The notes beneath the pieces were generated by a model. It made no database searches and had not been told where the DNA came from. It was given only the letters and a program-made list of their open reading frames with translations. Of a stretch of 64,000 bases of DNA, positions 24,800 to 37,075 are shown piece after piece. The position numbers were made by a program, and so were the translations under genes. Source of the DNA: Hemiscyllium ocellatum (lineage: Eukaryota); contig NC_083417.1 in assembly GCF_020745735.1 (NCBI RefSeq), positions 14,074,001 to 14,138,000 on the forward strand, read 5' to 3'. Position 1 is the stretch's first letter, and each line of letters begins with the position of its first letter.

Positions 24800-25056
24800 T
24801 AGTACAGCCTCAGTTTTCCGATTGAGATGGGCAGGGAGTATTTTGATTGGACAACTGATTATTCGGATAACTGATTTGATCGTAAACCAGCGGTAAATTA
24901 TGACTGCCGGTTATCTGAACCTGCCTCAGTTATCCGACAACACACGCCATAATGCCGTTTAATTGATAACTGAATGCTGAGTTGCCTGATGCCGTTTTTA
25001 CAGGACCTTGAGATTTTGTTCGGATAATTGATGTTCGGATAATCAAGGTTGTACTG
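24800..25056. mobile_element. Tc1/mariner (Tigger/pogo-like) MITE
   Basis: Imperfect TIRs tagtacagcctcagttttccga / tcggataatcaaggttgtactg, TA on the right flank, internal ttcggataa repeats. Confidence 0.7.
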
Positions 25057-26360
25057 TATCTGGCAGGATCACCTCCAATATTGGCATTATTTGTTAATAT
25101 CTGTAGTTAAATGGACAGTCTAGTAACACGAAGATGAAAGATTGAAAATCCTAACAACCACACTATAGCAAATGAGTTCAGTTATTGCAGAGACTGGAAG
25201 CTAAGGCAGTTCTTGTCAATGACAGTCTCACTACTGATGTGAATCTTAATGTCAGGCTGCATACCCTCCCAAACCAGCTCATCGAATGTTGTTGCCATCT
25301 GTTATCATTCTTATTAAAATCAAAATTCAAGAAGAAGTGTAAGCAACCAGTAGGGAAAGTAACAAAAATCCTGTAAATATTAATGACAACACATTCAAAT
25401 TACAAGACCAGGAGAGGAGACATTAGCACATTTAAGATGATATTAAAATCTCCTGCTAGCGTAGTTCATTTTATTGGTAAGGAAGCATGCAATTAATAGA
25501 GACTTGAAGCAAAAAAAAATCAGTGCAACTATATTGTGTTCAGTTACAATCCAAATTAAAAGGCCTCCAATTCTGGAAGGCGTTAGACATTAGTTATGAG
25601 ATTCTCAATCTCTGGACAGGGAGATGGCAAAGCATTCTTTATCCTTCTGTTCTTCATTATCTTGTCTAGTGTCCGTCCCTGGTGTAGCTATATTTCTGCA
25701 TATCTCTCCACAACAGTCATAACTTGGAATTTATTTACCACTGTTTGCACTGAGGACACATTACAATGTTCAAAAGCTCTCTAAAGTCGTTAAGATTTTT
25801 TGCAGTGTGTGCGGAAGTAGCGAAGCATTCAGCGTCTCTGTCCCCTCAGAGATCGTTTGCTCGTTGCAGAGGGAACATTTCTCAGCATTTACTTCGACGA
25901 GTCTTTTTTTTCTAATTAGCTGAGACATGTCGTTCTGCTGGTCTTCAGTGTAGGTGGGATGTTTAAATTCACCGACGGTGGAATTAACTAAAGATGTGAG
26001 AGGCAACCCCTCCTCCCCACATTCTCACGATGGGTCTCCAAGCATAAAGCTAAAACCTGGGCAGGAAATGTCCTCGGTTACTTTTGGTTTGAGGGCAATA
26101 GAAGGGTTTCCGCTTATTCAGCTTTGAAGCAGGCCCTAGGATTTTCTTGAACCCCACGCTCCCCCCTCCCCCGCCCCATATCCACTGACACCAATTCCTT
26201 GTCTTGACTGTTGGATGAATTCTGAGTCATAAAACACCAGCTTCCATCCCTGGCTTTTCAATCGGAGCTCACGACTTCTGGGAAGTCCTATCACCTTACA
26301 ATTAACAACAAAATGAGATCTTCCACAGTTGAATAGCTTATCTAGACCAAAGGTAAAATG

Positions 26361-26580
26361 TTCGAGTAAAAAGTGAGGTCTGCAGATGCTGGAGATCAGA
26401 GCTGAAAATGTGTTGCTGGTTAAAGCACAGCAGGTTAGGCAGCATCCAAGGAACAGGAAATTCGACGTTTCGGGCCAGAGCCCGAGCTTCCTGATGAAGG
26501 GCTCTGGCCCGAAACATCGAATTTCCTGTTCCTTGGATGCTGCCTAACCTGCTGTGCTTTAACCAGCAACACATTTTCAG
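26361..26580. mobile_element. Family A palindromic insert with hammerhead (26488-26521, +)
   Basis: ~82-bp arms with 1 mismatch; ttc CTGATGA a gggc-tctg-gccc GAAA CA TC gaa; perfect 13-bp TSD caaaggtaaaatg. Confidence 0.92.
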
Positions 26581-26593
26581 CAAAGGTAAAATG

Positions 26594-26813
26594 ACCAGAG
26601 TCCCACTCTCTCATGTGGGAGAGAGAGAGAGAGAGAGAGAAAGGCAGCTGCTAGGGGTTTAACCTGAGGGTCACCGTGCCGCAGGTGAGGCGAGAGTTTC
26701 AGAAGGAGAACCCTTCATGGTAACTTCAGCTAAAACAGGAATTGAACCGATACTGTTGGCATAAGTTTGCTTTGTAAACCAATGCTATTTGGTCGATGAA
26801 GCTAACCAACCCC
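26594..26813 (-). mobile_element. tRNA-derived SINE, further family, with internal (GA)n
   Basis: Reverse complement of 34285-34500 and 59605-59795 (ggtgaccctcaggttaaa). Confidence 0.68.
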
Positions 26814-26909
26814 TAATGCAAATGAAAATGACACTTGCGTTTGTTAAAGAATGGCTGTGGAGATCGGGGCTACCTGGAAGCTTCGAGAGAGCACAGTAAA
26901 CTCACTTTT

Positions 26910-27400
26910 TAAAATAATTCACTCACTGTGGGCTTGACGTGCTGGACATTATCCTGCCCTAAATGCCTTATAAGGAGGTAGCCATGGACGACTTTCTTGA
27001 CCTGCTGCAGTTCTTGATGAGTAGAGGCACCCACAGAACAAGTTCCAAACTTTTAACCCGATAGTGAAGGAACAGAAATGTATTTTCATATCAGGACAGA
27101 CTGTGTTACTTGGAGGGAAACTTGCAGGTGTGGTGTCCCCATGCATCTCCTGTCCTAAAATTCCCAGTGAATAGAGATTATGCATTTGCAAGGTGCTGTT
27201 GGAAGAGCCATGGTGGTTCTGCTGCACTGCATGTTGTAGATGGTATACACTGCTGCTACTGTGTGTCAGTGAGGAAGGGACTGAATGTGGAAGGTCATGA
27301 TTGGGGTATCAATAAAGTGGGCTATTGGATGATATTGAGCTTCTAAAGTGTTTTTTAAGCTGTACTCTTCCAGGTAGTTGGGGAGTATTCCATTGCTTCC
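26910..27400 (-). mobile_element. Old LINE 3' end
   Basis: Reverse complement of 28375-28750. Confidence 0.65.
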
Positions 27401-27604
27401 TGAAATGTTAAATGGTGGGCAATTTTAACTACACAATTGCTCTGTGACAATATCCTTAATTTCACTTTCAGAATACAAGCATCAGGTAAAACAAAAATTA
27501 GTCTGTGAACTGTTGGTGCAAGAACATAGGATTTTCTCTTTACAAAACCCCCAATCTACGTCTGGCCAGAAATGGGACACAATTCCACAGCAAAATTAGA
27601 GGAT

Positions 27605-28030
27605 AGGAAGAAAGAATGTTAATTTATAGAGCATCTTTAATCCACCTTTGGGGATCCCAAGGTGTCCCCAAACAGCCAGTGAAGTAATTCTGAAATCCAA
27701 TGACATTTGTAGGAAATATGGCAGCTGATTTATAGACAGCAAGATTCCACAAATAGCAACCTGGTAGCAGTTCAGACAATCTATCTTTTATTTTTAAAAT
27801 AGATGTTAGCCTAGACACCAAAGGGAATTGTATGGCTCTTCTTCAAATAGTGGCATGGATGGTTTAATACAACCAGAAGGGCTGATGAGGCCCGAAGTTA
27901 ACACTTCACTTGAAACATGAAGCCTCCAAACCTGCGGCCATCCTTCAGTACTGTATTCTTGTATTGGCTTAGATTTTCATAAATGTACTCGAGTGTCTGC
28001 AGGGGAACTTAAACCCAACATCTTCTATCT
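27605..28030 (-). mobile_element. Deu-domain SINE, near full length
   Basis: L2-type tail, ctcttcttcaaatagtggcatgga Deu core, B-box-like head. Confidence 0.65.
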
Positions 28031-28374
28031 TGAAGTGCTTGCAAGGCAATTTCAGTTCACTGAGAATAGTCACGTTTGAGATCCACATCAGTCCCGGGCA
28101 GGTTAGCTTTGCTGTCTCCAGCATGCATGCCTGGGAACAGCAAGTTGCAACCCACAATAACCTTACAAGTTCCACGGTAACCTGTAGCTTGGCTGCACCT
28201 GTCAAAGTGTGCATACAAGACACCCACATTTGATGCAAAGGAAACTATGGTGTCAGCGGCTATTTGCTAACATAACCCTGACAGTGCAAATGAGCTGGTG
28301 CACTTAGTTTCATGAGAGCTGTCACAATTATACAGTAGAACAAATTGACCTTCAACAAAGGCACAAATTTTAAA

Positions 28375-28752
28375 TCTTCACTCTCCCCACTGCCGTTGCA
28401 TTGGGGTTGTAGTGTGTACCATCTACAAGATGCATTGATATTAACTCTCCAACAACTTCTTCAGCACCACTTCCTGTTTGGGACTGTCCACACACTTTAA
28501 GGACAAGGCTAGCAGGTGCTTGAGAATAACCACCACCTGCTAGCTTCCCTCCAAGTCACACATTATCCTGACTCAAGTATATCACCAATACCCTCCCCTT
28601 CAACCAACACCCTGACCGCTTGACCGAACTCTTGGTAAACCTGCACCACAAAACTTCAGCTGTTCAAGAATGCAACTGACCACCACTTTTCTCAAGGGGA
28701 GTTAGGGATGGGCAGTCAATGCTGAACTTACCAGCACTGCCCATGAATGAAG
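28375..28752 (+). mobile_element. Old LINE 3' end, possible partner of the second SINE family
   Basis: gtgtaccatctacaagatgca...ttagggatgggcagtcaatgctg...catgaatgaa. Confidence 0.65.
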
Positions 28753-29274
28753 AAAGGAAAAGAGTTCAAGAGATAATAAATTGGTTGATCCTTTTACATC
28801 ATGCTTGAAATCAAGGGATATGATAATCAAGCCTGGCGTAAAGTCGGCTGCCAAATCGCTATTATGTTACTTGAAGATCACTTTCACACCATGGTCGATG
28901 ATTCTGCCTCTGACAGAGGAAGGGTAGAACATGCCCTCCATACTGAATCGTTGATTTATTGCATTTTCCTACTGATTTAGCAGTGAGACACAGTGCCTTT
29001 GAAAAATAGACTTCGCCAAGAACTTGGTCATTTTTAATTCAGGCAAGTTTAGTTTAAATGGAAGAAAATAAAAGAAAATTTAGGAAAGTACATTTATTCA
29101 ATGGACATGACTCAAAGGAAATTGTGAACATATGTAAATGTTATCAAAGATGAGCTGTGCTTAAAGCTGAGTGAGTGGTAATGGCTTTAGCGCAGAAAGT
29201 GTGAGAGGGATGCAGCAGAAGATAGTGCATGTTTGATAGATGAGTGGACCTGGGCTCTTTTGATCAACGTTATT

Positions 29275-29525
29275 TGACAACAACCACTTGCATTTATATA
29301 GTACCTTTAATCACAGTAAACACCCAAGTTTCTTCACAGGAATATATCCAAACAAAATTTGATGGGAAGCCAGTTGAAGAAATATTAAGCCAGATGATCA
29401 AAGCTTTTTCAGAGTGGCAGGTTTTAAGTAGTGATGTTAAAAAAAAGGAAAGAGAGCTAGAAAGGCTTAAGGATTGATATTTTAATTCTTTGGATCTAAG
29501 CAGATGAAGGTATGGCTGCCAAAGA
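29275..29525 (-). mobile_element. L2-like LINE 3' end
   Basis: caaccacttgcatttatatagtaccttt is the reverse complement of an L2-type tail. Confidence 0.6.
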
Positions 29526-31074
29526 TACTGACTGCTTCATCATGTGTTTGCAACATTTTATGTTCTTGTAATATATAAAATACACCTCTTGAATTATCAT
29601 ACACAAGACAGAAATAAATGCAAAATAAATTATAATACAATCTAGTTAATGAATGCATACACTAAATAGTTGTGTACAATTTAACAAGATGGATAGTAAA
29701 CAAGAGTAAACTTTTAAAAAGATGCCTACTAAGACTCAGAAATGACATGGACATGTTTAAAACCTATTGTATGAAAATGCAGGTTATCCTATTAACTGTA
29801 TTTTCTTTGCTTTTGGGAGTTTAATGTGTCCAAAATTGGTCCCTTTTTCAAAATGCAGTGACTGCACTTCAAAACAAATTAATTGGTTGTGGCCATAAAT
29901 TGGTTGTAGAAATGCAAGTTCTTTTCATTAATAAAGTAATGTTATTTATCCAAACTGCACTAAACAAAAAAGGTATGTAATTAGCAATACAACACGCAAA
30001 AAGATAAAGATAAAGATAAAGAAAAGCAATGCAAAGAAAAAGAAAGCCATGTAGTGAGTCAAATAAATAGAGTATTTTTTTGCCTGCTATGTGAAATGAT
30101 AAATATCTTCACACGTACCACAACCATAATTCACCCACAGAAGCATCGTTTGTGAATTTCACGGCCAGCCTCGCATGTGAATACATTCATCATGTGTCGC
30201 AAGTGGCCAGCACATATCCTCTATTTATAATTTTTTTTTAAAAGAATATTTTTCAAAAGATGTATATTTGCTGTGCTTGGTGTAAGAAACATCATCATAC
30301 ATATATATTATTTCGAGCCCAGTCTGTAAGGACACCACTAGGATATTGACTTCAGATTCACAATGAAGATCCAAATGTTTTAGTGGAGCAAAGCTCAAAA
30401 AAGAGTTTAATGAAAGACAATAGAAATGTAATAATTAAATCTGATTGCTCGCTTAGGAAATATCATGTTAGGCAGGATCATAACTGAAGCTCTAGCCAGA
30501 AAATTGATGTTCCTTCTGTTACTGTATGTTGCAATTTAGCAATGATGGAAAATACAGTTCCAATTATACATCCCCTTCAAAGGCAGTAGAAAGGCAAAGT
30601 AGAGGGAGTCTTATTCTGCACCTGACTGTGCTACTCCTGTACTGCAAATGATTAATGTTGGTACTGAGTACTTGCAAAGTTGTTCTTTTGTCCAATACCA
30701 ACCTGCAGCACCTTTCACTCTGATGGATCACTTAACTGTTAAATTTTGGGGTTGAGTCAGTGGCCGTCAATGGCTTGACCTTCATTCCAACAAATGAGGT
30801 TGGGATCCAAATCCCTGAATACGACTCTGGTTTATAACCGACTAATGTTCAAAGGAAAGAAAAAAAACAACCATTCATTACACTCAATGCAGAAATGTCA
30901 AAACAACAGAACCCTATTCCACTTGTTCCCTTACACTGACCCAGTTTGTATCACGGGATCTCAGAGTTTCTCAGATTTTCCATTAATGTGTTAAGGTAAT
31001 CCTACCTAATTTATTTGAGGGCCCATATGGAAAGGATACTTTGTCCTCAACCTAACTTTACCTATTATAACCCT

Positions 31075-31380
31075 TGACACTTGCATTCATATAGCACTTT
31101 TCACAACCTCAAGACATTCCAAAGCACATTACGGTTAATTAAGAACTTTCGAACTGACGTCACTCTCTTAATGGAAGAATACAGCAGCCAATCTGTGCAC
31201 AGTAAGATTTCACAGTCAGCAGTGTGGTAGTGACCAGATTACCTGTCTTTTTCAAACTGATGTTGTCTGAGGGTAAATACTGTCCAGGAAAAGACAAGGA
31301 ATGAGTTCTCTGCTCCTTTTCAAACAGTGCTATTGGATTTTTTACTTACACCTGACAGTCTGATCGTTTCTCCAGAAGAG
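31075..31380 (-). mobile_element. Deu-domain SINE
   Basis: Tail acttgcattcatatagcac and Deu-like core. Confidence 0.6.
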
Positions 31381-31450
31381 GGTCCAATTGTCTCTAGAAC
31401 CCATCACAAAAAAATGTTGTGCCAGAGAAAACCATGCCTTTCTAAATCAA

Positions 31451-31946
31451 AGTTAAAACTCTCACAATACTAGGTTATAGTTCAACAGGTTTATTTGGAA
31501 GCACTAGCTTTTGGAGCGCTGCTCCACAATCACCTGATGAAGGAGTGGCGTTCCGAAAGATTAGATTAGATTACTTACAGTGTGGAAACAGGCCCTTCGG
31601 CCCAACAAGTCCACAACCCACCCATACATATACCCCTTACCTAACACCACGGGCAATTTAGCATGGCCAATTCACCTGACCCACACATCTTTGGACTGTG
31701 GGAGGAAACCGGAGCACCCAGAGGAAACCCACGCAGTCACAGAGAGAATGTGCAAACTCCACACAGTCAGTCGCCTGAGGCGGGAATTGAACCCAGGTCC
31801 CTGGCGCTGTGAGGCAGCAGTGCTAACCACTGTGCCACCAGGCTGCCCAAAGCTAGTGCTTCCAAATGAACCTGTTGGACTATAACCTGGTGTTGTGTGA
31901 TTTTTAACTTTGTACACTCCAGTCCAACACCAGCGTCTCCAAATCA
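31451..31946. mobile_element. Family B inverted-repeat insert; hammerhead split by a SINE
   Basis: cac CTGATGA a ggagtggcgttcc GAAAG [SINE] aaag CTA gtg; perfect 12-bp TSD tttctaaatcaa (31439-31450 / 31947-31958). Confidence 0.9.
31560..31848 (-). mobile_element. HE1-like V-SINE
   Basis: Near-identical to 11569-11881; aaag duplication at the junctions. Confidence 0.92.
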
Positions 31947-33351
31947 TTTCTAAATCAACCATGACAAATCATTAAAATAGGCACAAAAATGTAGCATTAA
32001 TGAATTGCTGATCATGCCACTCCTGCACAGACTTGATATCCTAGTCACCAGCATGTACAGAGCAGGAAGTGAACCATTATTTAATTTTTAAAATTGATTT
32101 AATGTTCGTTTGATGTTCCATAAGCCGAGAGGCAAGAACTGCTTCTAAAAATATAAGACAAATGCTCAGAGTGGCAAACTTCAGTGATAACTTCAAGTGA
32201 GCTACAATTTATGCGCGACATTAAGAGCCTTAAAACAGCTACGGTGAAGAGTTGAAAGGCACATTGTGTGGGCTGCAATCTTAATTATTTTTTTATATAA
32301 AAGGGGCATTGTCTCATTAACATCACACATCACAGCGGCTTCCAAACTCACCACTGTTGGTCTGGCCCTGTGGCGGATTCTGGCCAATCGCAAGACAGAT
32401 GAAGGAACCTGGCTGTTGATAAAGCGGTACATCAAACAGACCCGTGCTTGCACAGGGAGGATGAGATTTACTGTCTGAATGCTGTGTGTACAGCTCTGAG
32501 CCCACATCAGATCAAACCCTCCTGCTTTCAGAAAACAATCAGAAACAATACACTCCCAGCTTCGCTCTCGGAGATCACAGTATCGAGTTGGATGGCTCAA
32601 CGATTAAATCTTACTAAACTTGCTATCTTCAAACAAATAGAAGAAACGAAACTGGGGCACAAAGATCATAGTAAGCAGAAAGAAAGAGAAATGGCAACAG
32701 TTGAACCGGTTTCGAAATTATTTGTATAGTTAAATTAACTCATATGGTCACAAAGTCTAGCCACAAGATGGCTGTAGGATATCCCTTTATATGTGACATC
32801 CACTCGGCTGTTTTCGAAATGTATGTCATGTTTTCATATCATCCAAAACATCTGTTAGTAATTTTGCCCTCCAAATGATTTTAATACTGGATGTTATGAG
32901 GAGTCAAAAGCAATGCAGCAAAGCACTGACTAATTTGTCATTACCAACCTTTCCCAAATGAAGTCAGAGACAGTCTGTAGCCTTGTACATCGATCAATAA
33001 AACATTATCCCAGTCCTCACAGGGTTCAAGTGCTGTTGAACTCAAAAGTGTAAGTCAGTACTTGTATTTCCTTATTGATGAGCCGGCGGCAGACTAAGTG
33101 TGTACACGCTGGTGGACTGAGCCAGGGAGTGACATCAAGCGGTGGACTTAACAGCGGTAGTAATTTGCATTTACATAACATCTTAAACATCCCAAAGCAC
33201 TTCACCCGAATACAATCAACTATTCAAAATAACGGGCCTGCACTAGGACAAGTGATCAAACGTTTGGTCAAGATGTCGCCATGCTTGAAGTGAGTGGGTT
33301 TTCTTATGAGGTAGGTTTGGACAGACAAGCCTTGTTTTCAGAGGCATTTCA

Positions 33352-33622
33352 CAGGGTGGCATGGTGGTTCAGTAGTTAGCCCTACTGCCTCACAGTTCCA
33401 GGGGCTTAGGGTCAATTCTATCCTTGGGCACCTGTGTGGTGCTTGTACATTCTATCTGTGTGGGTTTCCACCAGGGTGCTGTAGCTTTCTCCTACAGTCC
33501 AAAGATGTGCACATTAGGTGGATTGGCAATACCAAACGTGGGGACAGTGGACTGGGTCTCAATGGGATGATTGGTGTGGGTTTGATGTACTGTGATGTTC
33601 TCTTTCAGCACTGTGTACAATT
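33352..33622 (+). mobile_element. HE1-like V-SINE, diverged
   Basis: ggcatggtggttcagtagttagc head and V-domain. Confidence 0.8.
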
Positions 33623-33629
33623 CTCCTAA

Positions 33630-33950
33630 AAGTTTTAGAAAAGCGAGGGGTGATTTGATTCGAGTTCACAAGGCCATGAATGGCCTTGACAAGGTAAATG
33701 TGGAAAGGATACTTCCCTTTGTGAGTGAGACCCGTACTTTATTTAAAATTAAGGGACAACCATTTAGGACAGAAATTAGGGGATTTTTCTTCTTGCAAAG
33801 GATTGTGTGACTCTTTGCCTGCACAGGGGAGGCAGGTTCCCTGAATATTTTTAGGATGGGGTGTGGATATGTTCAGCAAGAGAATCAAGGGCCAATGCGA
33901 GTGGATGAGACTAAGGAATTCAGAACACAACAGATCAGCTGTGAGCTTAC
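33630..33950 (+). mobile_element. Old CR1 3' fragment
   Basis: RKARGDLIRVHKAMNGLDKV...FRTEIRGFFF. Confidence 0.75.
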
Positions 33951-34284
33951 CTGTAGGACCATAAGACTTAACTTGTTTGTTCCCAAGCAGAAGAGCTCTG
34001 GGGTTGGAGTTACAGAACTTAAACAGTGGATAGCTGAAGGCACAGCTGACAATGGCACACCCGGGTGTTTTTTGAAAAGAAAATTGACCTGTGTGATATA
34101 GGGTTGTTCTCAGGCCAGTATTTATTGCCAACGGAGTGCCTAAAGTCACATGTAGGTCAAATCAGGTATGAATGGCATTAAGAGCATTTGTGAACGGGAT
34201 ACATTTTGACAACAATTGACAACAGTTACAAATAGTCTAGCTCTTAACTGAATTCAAGTTTTACCATCTGCTACTGAGATAAGT

Positions 34285-34500
34285 TGGGGGTGTGGAGTGT
34301 TGGTTAGCTGGCTTATGATGCAGAGTGATGCTAACAACATGGGTTCAATTCCCACTCCAACTGAGGTTACCATAAAGAACTCTTCTTCTCAACCTCTCCC
34401 CCTGCCTGAGGTGTGGTGACACTCAGGTTAAATCACAACCATTCATCTCTTTCTAATGAGAGAGCAGCCCTATGGTCCAGAGAGAATATGGCTACTTTTA
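34285..34500 (+). mobile_element. tRNA-derived SINE, same family as 26594-26813
   Basis: B-box gggttcaattccc; cctgaggtgtggtgacactcaggttaaa. Confidence 0.68.
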
Positions 34501-36984
34501 ATTTGAAAATGATTGGGATTGAAAATGAACACAAGAGTCCGGGAAGGGATCCCAAAACCTGTGGCAACTTTGCAGAAAAATATTACAATTTGATAATTGA
34601 ACTTTGAAACTGGGCAGTATAGTACCATTTATTTGGAAACATAAAAGTACATCAACCTTGATATGTTTCTGTTGCAAGGCCATGTGCACCACGGGAGCTC
34701 AAATGTTGTTCATTCACATCTGGAATATAGGTTGGAATCCGTACATATTGACAGGATTAAAGAAATTTCTCTCTCTTACGGTAGTTTGCATCCCATTAGT
34801 TCAGCCAGGGTTCACACTATGTTGTCAAACCAGTGCATTGTGGTTGCTTAAGATGGGAGTGGAATGTTTAAGGTGCTGCCAGGGCTAAGTATAAACTAAG
34901 TGGGCGTGAGCTGTATGTATACAGCAAGTATACAAAATGTGAAAGTCTACTAGCACACCGAATTGACACTTGGTAAAACATTCTGCATGTGAAAAACAAT
35001 ATTGCATTCATTGTAAATTTCCTCATGGCTTGTTTAAAGTTGCTGTGATTCTCATGATCCAGGACTGTGGAATATTCAAAAATGCACTGTAAGTTACTGC
35101 AAGCACCTTCCGAATTGCTGCTTTGAAGGAAGGTGTATTATCAAAAATATTGGTTGTAGTTTACTGGGCACCTCCATCCTTGTATCCTGCATAAATCCAA
35201 AAGTGATGTAAACAAAAACAACAGCAATTTCCAAACCCTAACAAAGTATCTTCATTCGTAAACAATAAAATTTAAAGGAGCATTATCTCTGAAGACTTCT
35301 ACATTAGGCTCACTGTTGGGTCTAAGACATTTGCCAGTCTTTTGGAATCCCAAATGTAGTCAGGGAACTGAATGGTACATCAAGATTTATTTTTCTCCTC
35401 AACACTCAATGTTGAGAAATCTTTATTGGATTTAGTTCATTCGACTTGAAACACAAGTCTTTTTTGCAGATGTTACGTTGGGAGAAGAGAAACATATTTT
35501 GGAAAACTCAAAAGCTGTTCCAGTACTTCACTACCTCACACAAACGTTTATTTTGTTCTTTGTTCTTGAACGCTGCCAATTTTCTTCACTCATCCATCTC
35601 TCAGCATGTTGATTTCTTGTTGAAATAGTGTCCCCTGGGTCCCATTTTTTATCCAAGCAGCTCTTCTTCCTGTGTTAGCCAAGACAATGTGGAAGGAAGA
35701 TAATTTGACTGCAGGGACTATCTCTGTTGTGTTTGATGTAGTCCTGACCTGACCACATCCATTAGACTCTATTGGATCATAAGCAAGAGCCCAAAACCTT
35801 TTCCCTTTGTACATCCAGTTACCTCTGAGGCCTAATATTACCAACCTGGATGAGGAAAGCCAAATAAGGACTGACCCATACTGATCCCAAAACATAACCT
35901 AATATTAATGGTTAGCTTTCACTGTCTCAACCAGCAGAGCTATTCAGTAACTACCAAAGGCAGCTTTTCAATTATAGATCTATTGAATTAATAACAAATC
36001 TATACATCATTGGTACTATACATTACTGTGAACGAATAGTTATTACCAGCAACTATGTTACTTGACCTATGTGATGTAAGAGGACACATGTATTAGAGAG
36101 GAATACAGCTCCACCCATCAAATAATCCCAGTCTGGCTGCAGATGACAGATGAGGGTCAGGTTGGGAGTACATGAACTAGCATTTGAAACTTTGAGAAGT
36201 CCATTCTTGCCCATCTTAGGCTTCAGTGCTATGACAAAGCCAGAAAATTATGGGGTCAAACCATATCCAATTCATAGTCTTAGGCATGTGATCCATACAG
36301 GTATTTTGAGGGCATTGCTCGACAAATGCAGGAACCATCTACCCTCGGAGTTGCATGTAGAAGACTATATGAAGAGCAGCAGGTATACTCTCCTGATATC
36401 TTGAGGCAACATTAAACTTCCAGAATGAGTGTTGCTAAAACAAATAAAACAGAGTTCATTAATCACGTTGTTGTACAGTAGTAGATAATCGTTTTTTTTA
36501 AAAATCCTTATTTGGTCATAAAGCACTTGGTACATCCAAAGGGTGTGAAAGGTGTTATGCAAAGACAAATGCAAGTTCTTTGTTTGCAACTCATTCAACA
36601 GCAGCCGAAGAGCAGTCTTATTAAAGTGCTTCGCTGAATAGTTTCCATAGAATTCCAACTTAGAAACAGGTCTGATACTGGAGAATGGGGAAAGAAACAA
36701 CGCTTGCAAAGGAGGGATTATGTAAATGAATAACATTGATTTGTCAAGTTTAATTGATTGCAATTATAAATCCTAGAAATGAAAGCAATATTTTAATTGA
36801 GAAATGGTTTATATTATCCACAGTAGTGTTCTTATCTCCTTACACCTAGGCATACTTCATCAAGGAAAGCTTATTCTAATTGTCATGAAGGGAGGAAACT
36901 TGCCTGCAGGAATCCTGCAACTAGTTTCCCAGTTTGACTTTTGTTTTCCTTCATAGTTTCTCTGATGTTAGCAGTTCAGTCACT

Positions 36985-37075
36985 CAAGATTAGAGTGGAG
37001 CTGGAAAAGCACCCGGGTCAGACAGCATCCGAGGAGCAGGAAAATAAATGTTTCGGGCAAACGCCCTTCATCAGC
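36985..37075 (-). mobile_element. Family A fragment with hammerhead remnant
   Basis: Minus: CTGATGA a gggc-gttt-gccc GAAA CA TT. Confidence 0.78.

Noticed and set aside
26361-26580. DNA-transposon MITE or miRNA gene
   Set aside because: Arms are asymmetric copies of a PLE 3' end with long, variable TSDs.
27882-27905. ctgatgaggcccgaagttaac as a hammerhead
   Set aside because: Stem II too short, GAAG instead of GAAA, and it lies in a Deu-SINE core.
32202-32600. 132-aa minus ORF as a host exon
   Set aside because: No recognisable homology or convincing splice pair; kept only as a non-coding candidate.
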